Position numbers and translations under genes: made by a program. The notes beneath the pieces are model-generated. The model was not told the origin of the DNA. It was given only the letters and a program-made list of their open reading frames with translations, and did no database searches. Of a stretch of 54,982 nucleotides of DNA, positions 9,194-17,936 are shown piece by piece (the stretch's first letter is position 1; each line of letters opens with the position of its first letter). The DNA is from a virus (Duplodnaviria > Caudoviricetes), in IMG/VR virus record IMGVR_UViG_3300037510_000213, positions 1-54,982 of that record; one strand, given 5' to 3'.

Positions 9194-9764
9194 ATGTGTC
9201 CAGCGCGTCGGGATAGGTCAGCTTGCCCGCCTTGATGAGTGCAACTGTTTCGTCCTGCCATGTGAGTTCAATCTTGAGTCTCTCGGTGAACAAGCCAAAC
9301 TGCTTACCGAGGAGTGTTAACGCCTTTTGAGGGTCATGGAGTTCAATGGTGTCTTCGAAGATCTCTGTTTCCTCGGCATTTGGCCCATCACCGCGAGAGA
9401 TGCGCGTGGTCTTGTGATAGAAGCGCTTGATAAGATTGGTCTTCTTTGCGGCGCGGGCAGCAACCCAATCAATCTGTTGTGTTTCTTCGTCCCACAACTC
9501 ACCAATGTCACCACGGGCATGCTGTGTCAGAAGCATCATGACCTCTTTGGCCTCCATTGTGTTCTCAGCAAAGAAGGCATCAATCTCTTGACGGATGTCT
9601 ACATTTGACAACAGTCGGCTGCCCTGCTGACGGGCGGTGTCTTCCGAATATCCAGCGGTAAGCGCAGCCTTTGTAGCATTAAATCCATTGGATAGATAAG
9701 CGATGAGAAAGGCGCGTTGTTTGTCCGTAAGATTGGAGGGAGGGGTTTCAGGGGTATCAGTCAT
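9114..9764 (-). CDS. terS: Terminase small subunit
   Basis: LTDKQRAF...NATKAALTAGYS..TARQQGSRLL and DPQKALTLLGK signatures. Confidence 0.92.
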   Translation of the reverse strand: MTDTPETPPSNLTDKQRAFLIAYLSNGFNATKAALTAGYSEDTARQQGSRLLSNVDIRQEIDAFFAENTMEAKEVMMLLTQHARGDIGELWDEETQQIDWVAARAAKKTNLIKRFYHKTTRISRGDGPNAEETEIFEDTIELHDPQKALTLLGKQFGLFTERLKIELTWQDETVALIKAGKLTYPDALDTFDHDYTLVRSLFAKAEVPISVGEDQG

Positions 9765-9774
9765 AACGTCACCA

Positions 9775-9805
9775 GAATCAAAAACGCGCCTGTGCAGAGG
9801 CGCGT
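9775..9805 (-). terminator. Intrinsic terminator in the late-operon leader
   Basis: Minus strand ACGCGCCT-CTGCAC-AGGCGCGT then TTTTGATTCT. Confidence 0.6.
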
Positions 9806-9863
9806 CATGTCATGTATTGAAGGGGGTCGTGTTCCGTGGCAGAGAGAACGCGAACTGTCTATG

Positions 9864-9893
9864 AGTGTACGCTGAAAATAGGTGACATGTCAA
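9864..9893 (-). promoter_or_regulatory. Sigma70-like late promoter overlapping a TGACATGTCA palindrome
   Basis: TTGACA-N18-TACACT on the minus strand, upstream of terS. Confidence 0.6.
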
Positions 9894-10222
9894 GCAATTG
9901 TGGAACGCTTGCGCATGTCCGCCTGACACGTGGTGCAGTAGTAGCAGCGGCCCCGCCGGAGCGTGCGCGATTTGTCCCGCGCAAACGCCTTATCTTTCTT
10001 CCACTGTCCACACCTGCTGCACATGAGCATGGTGTGGATGTTGACGACCTGACCGTTCATGGTGCGCACGTTGGGCGGTGTCTCAAGATCCTTGCGCAGC
10101 AGATCGTGTAAGGCGGTCTCTTCCACCTCGCGGGGTTTCAGGCTCACTTGCACTGTGTCGTCATTGTAGCGGTTGCCATCGGGGGAGGTGTAATGAAGAA
10201 TCGCCAACATCGTCATGCTCAT
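9890..10222 (-). CDS. Zinc-finger protein (CxxC...CxxC), possible late regulator
   Basis: CSRCGQWK...CYYCTTC; last gene before terS; own promoter at about 10272-10299. Confidence 0.6.
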   Translation of the reverse strand: MSMTMLAILHYTSPDGNRYNDDTVQVSLKPREVEETALHDLLRKDLETPPNVRTMNGQVVNIHTMLMCSRCGQWKKDKAFARDKSRTLRRGRCYYCTTCQADMRKRSTIA

Positions 10223-10271
10223 GAGGAACCTCTTTATGCGGTTGTCGAGTGCAAGTGCGCCGTTTATGACT

Positions 10272-10306
10272 ATTCTAGCGCGTTTACATGACACGTCAAG
10301 TAAACG
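10272..10306 (-). promoter_or_regulatory. Promoter with palindromic operator
   Basis: TTGACG-N16-TAGAAT (minus); inverted repeat CGTTTAC-A-TGACACGTCA-A-GTAAACG at 10281..10306. Confidence 0.6.
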
Positions 10307-10358
10307 TGTTCAGTTTCGGGGCATGGCAGACGCCCGTGGGTGCGGGCGTCGCGGAAGT

Positions 10359-10634
10359 CTAAGAGGCGCTGGGCTTTTTCTTGACGACGTGCCCCATATC
10401 ATCAAACTCCAACTGCTCAACGGTTTCACGTACAGCTTCCAAGACAGATTGATAGTCCGCTGATGTGCCATAGAGGAACCAATGGGCGTCAGATTCCGTT
10501 TCTCGATTGAAGCGATATACGCACTTGAGCGCTGAACAATACACCTCAAGCAATTCCACCTCAAGCTCATTGCATGCGCGGATCACATAACTCATGATGC
10601 GATTTTGGCGCGGGATCATGCCCTGTGCGCTCAT
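10359..10634 (-). CDS. Hypothetical protein
   Basis: 91-aa ORF preceded by AGGAGG. Confidence 0.65.
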   Translation of the reverse strand: MSAQGMIPRQNRIMSYVIRACNELEVELLEVYCSALKCVYRFNRETESDAHWFLYGTSADYQSVLEAVRETVEQLEFDDMGHVVKKKPSAS

Positions 10635-10703
10635 TGCTGGCCTCCTGTGTGGTCTAATTCCATCCCCATGACTTGCAGATGTCGGGGTGAAAGCGCTGAA
10701 ATG

Positions 10704-11213
10704 TTATGCCCAACCTTTTGCTTTCAGCCATTTGGTCAAACTTTCTTTTCGAGCCGCCTCTGCGCGGGTCTTTGCGAGATCCATAAGATACTCTCGCACT
10801 GTTACCCCATACCATTCCCAGAATACATCATCAAAAGGGTCAAGCGTGACTGCGCGATTAAGAACGGGGGTTGTGGGGTACTCTCTTCCAAGCGCATAGA
10901 CCTCAAAATCACGCGCCTCAGCTTGAGCAATGTATTTATCCCCAGGATGATCCAAGAATAGGATAATCTTCGAACCATACCCCAGGTCAAAAGATCGCGC
11001 ATAGGAGTCGACCTGTCTCATTGCATCCCCTGTAGACATGATGGACATCTTGCATTCGATGATTGAGACATGTCCTGTCTCAGGGTGAATGGTCAGGAAG
11101 TCAATAATCCCTCCTGGCACCTTAAACTCATGCAAATACAGGAGTCCATTGCCAGTAATCCAATGGGCGGCACGGGGATGCAAGATCTGATGTTCATGCG
11201 GTATCTTAATCAT
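10704..11213 (-). CDS. PD-(D/E)XK nuclease family protein
   Basis: HEFKVPGGIIDFLT...IIECK...QVDSY motif; overlaps the ParR stop. Confidence 0.7.
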   Translation of the reverse strand: MIKIPHEHQILHPRAAHWITGNGLLYLHEFKVPGGIIDFLTIHPETGHVSIIECKMSIMSTGDAMRQVDSYARSFDLGYGSKIILFLDHPGDKYIAQAEARDFEVYALGREYPTTPVLNRAVTLDPFDDVFWEWYGVTVREYLMDLAKTRAEAARKESLTKWLKAKGWA

Positions 11214-11613
11214 CCTCATCGTCTCCATACGACTTTGATGTTCCGAACAACTGCACCACACTCTTGTTGAGCTTGCTGGTCGTATCCTGATAGCGCTGTT
11301 CATCCCAATCAGGCGATTGACGCGCAGCAGACAGATCAACTGTCGAAAGCATGTTGACATGCTCCATGATCAGCTTCAGGGTGTGGCGCATCTCGCGAGT
11401 GAACTTGATCTCATTGTCTTCGTGCGGGGTGTACCCTGCGTCAAGCTTCTCACGCAGGGCAATCAGCGCTTCTTTCATGATCAGCCGATCCGTCCATTCA
11501 GGATTCGTTTTCAGCCAATCATAGGCCTCGATTGCCTGAACCTCTGAGGGGAAGTCATCGCGCAGCCGCGCTTGAATGTGGCGGCTATGGCGGTCTGGTT
11601 TCGCGCGCGTCAT
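11206..11613 (-). CDS. ParR-like centromere-binding adaptor (RHH-like)
   Basis: ATGA-coupled downstream of the actin-like gene; beta-helix-helix N-terminus (HIQARL...DRLIMKEALIAL); acidic tail. Confidence 0.65.
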   Translation of the reverse strand: MTRAKPDRHSRHIQARLRDDFPSEVQAIEAYDWLKTNPEWTDRLIMKEALIALREKLDAGYTPHEDNEIKFTREMRHTLKLIMEHVNMLSTVDLSAARQSPDWDEQRYQDTTSKLNKSVVQLFGTSKSYGDDEDD

Positions 11614-12740
11614 GCGAACACCAGCCGTTGATTGTCACCCACCCACACCTTCAACGCTTCCATGCCGCCGCGCAGATTGGCAAGGTGAAGCTTTCCAGGC
11701 TCTTCGGCCATGTAGACGAAATCATGCTGCAAAATACCGTCTCTCTTGTTGGCAAGATAGGGGAAGAGACGTTCGCCGCCGCCGCCGCCTACGACAATGC
11801 CGGAGAAGTTTTTACCACCTTCCATGCGATCCACGTAGATGCCTTGGGTGCGATCCAAGATAGGGGCGATGGCATTGAGAACAGCCTGCGACACATCCAC
11901 CCACTTGTTGGAGATCTTGACCTTCTTAAGTTGCAGGGCGCTTTCAAGGATGTTGGCAGGAACATCCTTGAACTCTTTGAACGTGTCTGGATAGAGGCTC
12001 TTCAACTCTTCCTCTAAGGCCTTCAAGACATTCTGAATACCGAGATTGAACACAGCAGCTTGATCAAACAGCGGCTTGACGGTTTTGTTCTTGCCGATGC
12101 GAACGGGGGTGATACTGCTAATCTTGCCACCAAAGTCGAAGACAAGGATGTAATCGCCATCCGCAAGGTTAACGGGATTGCCTGCCTCAGAATTGCGAAT
12201 GATGAAGCGAATCAGCGCACCGCTCGGCTCATCCCAGGGGACGATGTGGCGAACGACGTAGGTCAGTTCATCGCCCTTGATGGTGCGGATTTTGTGGACG
12301 CCCCCAAGCAGATCCATCATCTGCTCAACATAGGGGATTGCGTCCGGGGGATGGGCAATGGCAAGAACGATATTGTTATGGCCTTCGGGGAAATGACGGA
12401 GAAGCTTTGCACAGAAAGCCACATCCCAGACGCCTTCCACATACTTGCCAGCACCTGTGACGCGCTTGATCTGACCGCCGCGTGTGGCCTCTTCACCCAC
12501 AACATAGGGCATGTACTCTTTGTTGCTGCGATGGCGCATCTCAAACACAGCGCTGTCATCCTGCGCATCCGTGCGGTATTTGGCGCGTGTCTTGCGCGCA
12601 CCATACGACGCATCGCTCGGTGTCTGAATCGCGTAGGGAATCACATCCTCATAGCCGTATTGTCCCATCAACCCTGACTTGCCATTTGTGTTTCCCTGAT
12701 CATCGATCAGAAACACGGGAGAGTCTTTCACCTTTGCCAC
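11610..12740 (-). CDS. parM: Actin-like ATPase, ParM/StbA family (type II partition)
   Basis: Phosphate-1 DDQGNTNGK, connect-1 EPSGA, phosphate-2 VFDFGG, adenosine VVGGGG; GTG start with GGAGG. Confidence 0.85.
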   Translation of the reverse strand: MAKVKDSPVFLIDDQGNTNGKSGLMGQYGYEDVIPYAIQTPSDASYGARKTRAKYRTDAQDDSAVFEMRHRSNKEYMPYVVGEEATRGGQIKRVTGAGKYVEGVWDVAFCAKLLRHFPEGHNNIVLAIAHPPDAIPYVEQMMDLLGGVHKIRTIKGDELTYVVRHIVPWDEPSGALIRFIIRNSEAGNPVNLADGDYILVFDFGGKISSITPVRIGKNKTVKPLFDQAAVFNLGIQNVLKALEEELKSLYPDTFKEFKDVPANILESALQLKKVKISNKWVDVSQAVLNAIAPILDRTQGIYVDRMEGGKNFSGIVVGGGGGERLFPYLANKRDGILQHDFVYMAEEPGKLHLANLRGGMEALKVWVGDNQRLVFA

Positions 12741-12762
12741 GAACAGCCTCCTTAAAAAAATA

Positions 12763-12825
12763 GGTGATACGCCGTGGTATCACATGTGTATCACCAGTAT
12801 ATCACCTTAAGGAATCGCTGTCACC
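12763..12825 (-). promoter_or_regulatory. parC-like centromere repeats overlapping the parMR promoter
   Basis: RTATCAC at 12777, 12788, 12799 (11-bp period), inverted GTGATAC at 12764; promoter GTGACA-N17-TATACT on the minus strand. Confidence 0.65.
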
Positions 12826-12836
12826 TTACAATCCTC

Positions 12837-13178
12837 TCACCTCCTGGCCCGATGCCCATCCGTCCACCATAGGTTTTCTATATGCGTGTCATAAACATCG
12901 CCATTGCGATAGATGACCTTGCGTCGATGCATATTGCCCACAGGGTTGAAGGCCTCCATGACCAGCCGCCCCGCGTAAATCCACCGCCTGCGTCCCCCAT
13001 GCAAGATCAGATCGTAGAAGACGCCGCGCGGCTCCTTGTAGCCAACAAGAAAGCGGTTGCGCACAGGCGACCAGCACCGCCCCCACGTTGACACCTCATA
13101 GGGGTGGGCATACCCCTTAAGCTCAATCCATCGCTCCGGCGCATAAGTGTTGGAGTCAGGGGCAGGGAGTCCGATCAT
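12837..13178 (-). CDS. NUMOD4 / degenerate HNH domain protein
   Basis: WIELKGY..PYEVSTWGRCWS (NUMOD4); RLVMEAF...VIYRNGD...IENLWW lacks the catalytic His. Confidence 0.7.
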   Translation of the reverse strand: MIGLPAPDSNTYAPERWIELKGYAHPYEVSTWGRCWSPVRNRFLVGYKEPRGVFYDLILHGGRRRWIYAGRLVMEAFNPVGNMHRRKVIYRNGDVYDTHIENLWWTDGHRARR

Positions 13179-13405
13179 GGCAAATCCTTTGATCTCTCAT
13201 ACGCCTCCACCAGATCGAACGCCGCCATGTGATCCCACACCCCTGTGTCGACATAATACGCCATGCGATACAGGGGATAGAAGCGCGTCACGATGTGCGA
13301 TCCCCAGGGGTGCAGGGTGTACCACAGCACCGCCTCACCCGTGGGCGTCAGATGCGCTGTCAGGGTGTAGACGGTGTGGTCAGTGGCGAGGCGCAGCGTG
13401 GGCAT
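13175..13405 (-). CDS. Hypothetical protein
   Basis: MPTLRLATDH start immediately after the thyX stop; ATGA-coupled to the next gene. Confidence 0.55.
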   Translation of the reverse strand: MPTLRLATDHTVYTLTAHLTPTGEAVLWYTLHPWGSHIVTRFYPLYRMAYYVDTGVWDHMAAFDLVEAYERSKDLP

Positions 13406-13407
13406 GA

Positions 13408-14148
13408 TCAGGCGTCCCGATTGCTCATCCGCACAATGGGCGCAGGCAGGGTGTATGTCTCGAATGCCTCCGCAGTCCACGGCATGAGCGGCTTGAACGT
13501 CTGCTCATACATGACGTTGGCGTATTGGCGAATCTCCCATTGGGCGTCCTGGGCCATACGCAGCTTGAAGAAATTCAGCGCATTGTGGGCATCCATCTTG
13601 ACCATGAACGTGTAGTAGCTGGCCCATCCTGGCAAGAACAGGCGCGCCTGTTCACGTGCCACGCCGCGATCAAGCGCCAACTGATACAGATCAAAGGAGT
13701 TCATATAGTGGCTTCTTAGCCGCACGGTCAGATCTTGCGCGTCGTCAAAGTCGATCAGCCCATCACTGCCTTGCTTGTTGCTCTGGGATTGTGCCCGCCA
13801 CTCATCAGGGACATAAAACTCATCCTCTGTAAACTCGACATAGCGCCCCGATTGCGCTGAATAGCTGGCCATGCGGTGACGGACCCACTGCCACCAGACA
13901 AGCACAGGAGCCTTGATGCGCCATTGAAAGACAACCATCTCAAACGGGCTGGTGTGGCGATCCTTGTACAGGCGCATGAGCAAGCGCTTGTCAGCGTCCT
14001 CCCCCTTGCTGGCCCCATTGAACGACACGCGGGCCGCATTCACCACCGCCATATCTGGTGTAATACCTGTGAGAGGGTGGGGCAGCAGATCGATCAGCGT
14101 CACGTGCCCCTTGTCGAGTACAGGGAACGGGGTATTAATGATGGTCAT
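13408..14148 (-). CDS. thyX: Flavin-dependent thymidylate synthase
   Basis: AARVSF, HTSPFE, RHRMASYSAQSGRY (RHRx7SxR), AREQAR, AQWEIR. Confidence 0.95.
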   Translation of the reverse strand: MTIINTPFPVLDKGHVTLIDLLPHPLTGITPDMAVVNAARVSFNGASKGEDADKRLLMRLYKDRHTSPFEMVVFQWRIKAPVLVWWQWVRHRMASYSAQSGRYVEFTEDEFYVPDEWRAQSQSNKQGSDGLIDFDDAQDLTVRLRSHYMNSFDLYQLALDRGVAREQARLFLPGWASYYTFMVKMDAHNALNFFKLRMAQDAQWEIRQYANVMYEQTFKPLMPWTAEAFETYTLPAPIVRMSNRDA

Positions 14149-14489
14149 GAAACATCCTTCCATCTTTCACCATTGGCAATTCTACGGATAGTGGGTGACG
14201 ACACCCCATAGGCGCGGGCAATGGCAGCCTTTGATTCATTTCCTCTCACAAGCCGCTGTTTGATCTCACGCACCTGCGTTGGAGCCAGTTTTTGGCGCGC
14301 GCGTGCTCTGGGAAAGGGATCTTTCAGGGGCGGTGCAAGATGGATGTGAGTGACGCCGTTGATGATCTTCCACACCGCCATATCAGTCACGCCGTAAATC
14401 TCACCAATCTGGCGGTAGTTCTCCTCAGTGGTCAACCATCGATCCCAGATAGCACACACATCCGCATCTGACAGCTTGCCATCCATCAC
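14145..14489 (-). CDS. Tandem HTH DNA-binding protein
   Basis: Two repeats KL...IGEIYGVTDMAVWKI / IARAYGVSSPTIRRI. Confidence 0.75.
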   Translation of the reverse strand: MMDGKLSDADVCAIWDRWLTTEENYRQIGEIYGVTDMAVWKIINGVTHIHLAPPLKDPFPRARARQKLAPTQVREIKQRLVRGNESKAAIARAYGVSSPTIRRIANGERWKDVS

Positions 14490-14797
14490 CCACCCCCTGC
14501 CATGATCTCACGCGCACGGGTGAGGAGGGCGATCCAATGATCAAGATCTTCTTGATTCATGGTTGGGCCAAACATCCCTTGCTCATCCACGGGCCACAAC
14601 CAACCTGCCTTCAAATTCACCGCAAGGTGTAATGTATGCCCAAGTGGATGGGGTTGTGTCTTAAGCATCGTAAAATCATGTCCATTGCGAGACAGCCCAT
14701 ATGTATCAATCTCAATCGCGGGCGTCTCCGGCATCGCATCATGCAGCGCAGCCGCCTGCAATCTGCGCACACGTTCGGCGTCAATGATGTGAGTCAT
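14486..14797 (-). CDS. Hypothetical protein
   Basis: ORF coupled to both neighbours. Confidence 0.6.
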   Translation of the reverse strand: MTHIIDAERVRRLQAAALHDAMPETPAIEIDTYGLSRNGHDFTMLKTQPHPLGHTLHLAVNLKAGWLWPVDEQGMFGPTMNQEDLDHWIALLTRAREIMAGGG

Positions 14798-15069
14798 GGC
14801 GTCTCGCCTTTCTGGGGGATGTAAATGCAGGCAAAGGGAGGGGAGGGGTAGCGCTCATACCCCGTCTGATGGTAGCGGCGAATCGTCCACTGACCCTGGC
14901 ATGAGACGCATGTATAAGGCATGTCGTCAACACGATTTGACCCCCACACAATCTGACTGTCGTCATCTGCGATGTGCTGGCCTGTCTTGCCGCAATGAGG
15001 ACAAAGGGCGTGATCTCGCTTGCGGCCAAAGAACTCAAACCGCGCGTTGTCTTCGAACCCTGTGATCAT
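14794..15069 (-). CDS. Zn-ribbon protein
   Basis: CPHCG...CVSC. Confidence 0.6.
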   Translation of the reverse strand: MITGFEDNARFEFFGRKRDHALCPHCGKTGQHIADDDSQIVWGSNRVDDMPYTCVSCQGQWTIRRYHQTGYERYPSPPFACIYIPQKGETP

Positions 15070-15812
15070 GGTGTCACCTTTCCAACGCGCTCAACAGTGT
15101 TGGTGTCGGGGTTCCATGCGTGTGTGGCAGGGGTGCGGGCGTCCAGCTTTGCCAGCGTGTCGTGTGCAGCGCGGTCTATGTGTCGATGGTCGATCCCATT
15201 CGCCCAGAGAAACCCGCCAACCGTCACCAGCAGATCAATCGCTTCACGGGCGGCGTTGATTTCAGCCTCCTGCTCAATGGCCGCGCTGTGATGCGCCTCA
15301 ACACACTGACGATACTCATCAACCGCTTCGATCAGTTCGGCAAATTCTTCCTGCATCTTGGTCAGCGCACCCTGCATTGATGGCTCACCGCCGAAGCGCG
15401 TCACATAGGCTTCGGAGGTGGTCATGATCTGCGCAAACAGATCTTGCATCCCTTCTCGTTCTGCCTTCTCCTCATGCGCCTCATACCATGCGAGATCAAG
15501 CGCAAGCCGTGCAACCTTCGTCTCGATCTCTTCCGTGTGCGAGAGGTGGTACTCAGTGGCGGGGACGATGTTCATGCTGCGCATGGGATCAATCTGCAAC
15601 TCTTTGAGTGCAGCAGCCATCGCCTTCGATGCGTCTTCCCCCATCACAAGCAGTCCTGGGAGGGGAGAGGCAAACAGCGCCATGATCTTGTCAGCAAACA
15701 CCTCTTCAACGCGCCTGTCAGGGACCATCACACGGCCATCGTGCAGCTCGATCTCTTTGGCGGTGGGAATCTGACTCAACAGACTGATAAGCTTGTCGCG
15801 GGTGGTCATCAT
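15066..15812 (-). CDS. Protein with C-terminal MazG-like nucleotide pyrophosphohydrolase domain
   Basis: KMQEEFAELIEA...EAIDLLVTV (EExxE...ExxD). Confidence 0.65.
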   Translation of the reverse strand: MMTTRDKLISLLSQIPTAKEIELHDGRVMVPDRRVEEVFADKIMALFASPLPGLLVMGEDASKAMAAALKELQIDPMRSMNIVPATEYHLSHTEEIETKVARLALDLAWYEAHEEKAEREGMQDLFAQIMTTSEAYVTRFGGEPSMQGALTKMQEEFAELIEAVDEYRQCVEAHHSAAIEQEAEINAAREAIDLLVTVGGFLWANGIDHRHIDRAAHDTLAKLDARTPATHAWNPDTNTVERVGKVTP

Positions 15813-15875
15813 TTGGTTATCTCTTTCGCTTTGCGGCGGATCTGGTTGCGCTCCGTGCCAGACACGCGGCCTGAT

Positions 15876-16130
15876 TTAATCAAACTCATGGTCGGCCCAT
15901 TCATTCATCTCATCTTCTGTTTCGAATGCCCAACCGTCATATGTCCACTGCCCACACTCAACGCATGGGCTTTCGCTCAACACATGGTCGTTGACCGTGC
16001 TGCAATTGCCGCACCACTTTTCATAGCAGTGATAGCAGATGTTCGGCACATAGCTGATTGTGAATGATTTGGCAGGGCGCATCTGACGACAGCGCGGACA
16101 TTCTTGATATTCGGTGGTGATGGCGGTCAT
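15876..16130 (-). CDS. Cys-rich Zn-binding small protein
   Basis: Four CxxC pairs; AAGGAGG RBS. Confidence 0.65.
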   Translation of the reverse strand: MTAITTEYQECPRCRQMRPAKSFTISYVPNICYHCYEKWCGNCSTVNDHVLSESPCVECGQWTYDGWAFETEDEMNEWADHEFD

Positions 16131-16187
16131 GGTACCTCCTTATCAAACTAGAAAAGGGGATGCGTGATTGCATTCCCTAAGGTAGGG

Positions 16188-16724
16188 CTATTCAGGTATT
16201 TCGTTTAGGCGCGCAAATTCACCGTAGTGTTCTAATGCGGCTTTGTTATAAGCAACTGCCGCTTGATGCTTGTCTGTAAATAGGCCTAAATACAAATTCT
16301 TGCCATTAACAACGATTTTAGCGATCCATTTGTTGGCGCATTTTCGCCACGAAACGCCCCTATAGCCTGATGTGTTTCGGGACTGAATTTTACTATTCAA
16401 TGTGTTCTGGTTATACGTTGCCAAACGAAGATTTTCGCGGCGATTGTCCAGTCCGTCGCCATTGATGTGGTCAACAATCTCCCCTTTGACAAGTTTGCGA
16501 TTAAGCACGCGCTCTAGTATCACTCTGTGCAAGAGTAAAAGAGATTGCCCTCTAGGATGAGTGGGGTCTTTGCGAAGATGGGCTGCATAAGCAGTGTATT
16601 TACCGTTTATCCGCGTAGACCATTTAAAGCGCGCCAAATCAGCGTCTTGTAAAGAAACAATAGCTGTATAGCCGCGGGTCAACGGTATTTGAATAACAGA
16701 GGGATTCGGGGTATCATTTGTCAT
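16188..16724 (-). CDS. HNH homing endonuclease with AP2 domain
   Basis: LHRVI...VDHINGDGLDNRRENLR; SGYRGVSW...YLGLF...AYNKAA..YGEFARLN; AT-rich. Confidence 0.92.
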   Translation of the reverse strand: MTNDTPNPSVIQIPLTRGYTAIVSLQDADLARFKWSTRINGKYTAYAAHLRKDPTHPRGQSLLLLHRVILERVLNRKLVKGEIVDHINGDGLDNRRENLRLATYNQNTLNSKIQSRNTSGYRGVSWRKCANKWIAKIVVNGKNLYLGLFTDKHQAAVAYNKAALEHYGEFARLNEIPE

Positions 16725-16843
16725 AGGTATCACGCCTCCGCGTGGTATCTCAAGGCACAGGATGTTTCCGCATCGCTGTGCTTTTACGTTAGCCTCATTA
16801 TACCATAGGTTCTCGATGTGTATGTTAGTCAATATCATGGTAT

Positions 16844-17251
16844 TTAACCTTGACCCATCGCTTTGGCTTTGCGCCTAATCTGATTAGCCTCGGTACCCGA
16901 CACACGCCCACTTTGAGAAGAATGCTTTTCGGGTCGTATGTACAAAATGTCATAGTCACTGTCTTGCGTCATGGCGGCGTCTTTGGCTGTGTTCGACGTG
17001 TAGCCTCGCTTGGTGTCAAAGCCTGCATTGTGGCGGGGGATGGTCAGCACGTGATACACACACACGCGCGCCGCAGGATTGAGGATGGGACTCCACTTTT
17101 TCAGCAGCGCTTGCGCCATCTCATCGGCCCCTGGTGCATCGCCCACCACGAAGTCGTGGCTGCTGGCCAAGGCTGACAGGATGTGCGGGGCATACTGCGC
17201 GTCAAATTCGTCTTTCGTCAAATCTCGATGCCCGCTAATCATGGCAATCAT
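16844..17251 (-). CDS. SLOG/YspA-like nucleotide-binding protein
   Basis: ISGHR...VVGDAPGAD...KDAAM...SGTEAN pattern. Confidence 0.7.
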   Translation of the reverse strand: MIAMISGHRDLTKDEFDAQYAPHILSALASSHDFVVGDAPGADEMAQALLKKWSPILNPAARVCVYHVLTIPRHNAGFDTKRGYTSNTAKDAAMTQDSDYDILYIRPEKHSSQSGRVSGTEANQIRRKAKAMGQG

Positions 17252-17429
17252 CGTGCTACCTCCTGTGCTCTCATCCGCTTCGTGAATGGGTATGACTCGC
17301 GCAGCGCCTCGCACTCTGCGCACCGTGCCCCCATCGTCCCCGTGTCGACGCCGCACGACGGGCACGCCATGCGGTTGTAGGGCGTGGGGAACAGATCGAT
17401 ATAGCGTTCGGGTGGGGGTGGGGTGGGTC

Positions 17430-17747
17430 TCATGCGGGCACCCACGCGCCAATCTCGCGCCCATCCATGATCGAATAGAACACATAGCGATCTCCATGCT
17501 TCTCGGCACGCATGACCAGCTCATCGCCATGGGTGTTGCACAGGGTCAGCGTCATACCGTGGGGGATGAGCGAGGTCAGACTGATAGGGTGGCTGTACAG
17601 CGAAAACACGGGATTGACGAGCCGATAGTGGTACAACTGCCCCTCATGCATCCAACTGTGCAAGCCTGGATACAGACGCCACAACGTGCGCGCCATCGGC
17701 GAGGCAGGGCGGGCGTCGGCGGGGATGAGGGATGTGTGGATGCTCAT
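17430..17747 (-). CDS. Hypothetical protein
   Basis: ORF in a coupled chain, AGGAG RBS. Confidence 0.55.
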   Translation of the reverse strand: MSIHTSLIPADARPASPMARTLWRLYPGLHSWMHEGQLYHYRLVNPVFSLYSHPISLTSLIPHGMTLTLCNTHGDELVMRAEKHGDRYVFYSIMDGREIGAWVPA

Positions 17748-17923
17748 TTCGCATTCTCCTGTGTCAGATTCGCCATCGTGCGGTTGTAGGCATGGGTGAC
17801 CTTGCGGCGCTGGTCAGCCATCTCAGTCTTGTCGATGCGATGCGCGATATAGTCATTAGTGATGCGCTTGATCTCACGGCGGTACACCTCGGTGATGAGG
17901 GTGGGATTTTTGGTGTCAGTCAT
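17744..17923 (-). CDS. Hypothetical protein (59 aa, MTDTKNPTLITEVY...)
   Basis: Read manually; AGGAG RBS; ATGA overlap with the next gene. Confidence 0.55.
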   Translation of the reverse strand: MTDTKNPTLITEVYRREIKRITNDYIAHRIDKTEMADQRRKVTHAYNRTMANLTQENAK

Positions 17924-17936
17924 GGTGTGCTCCTAT

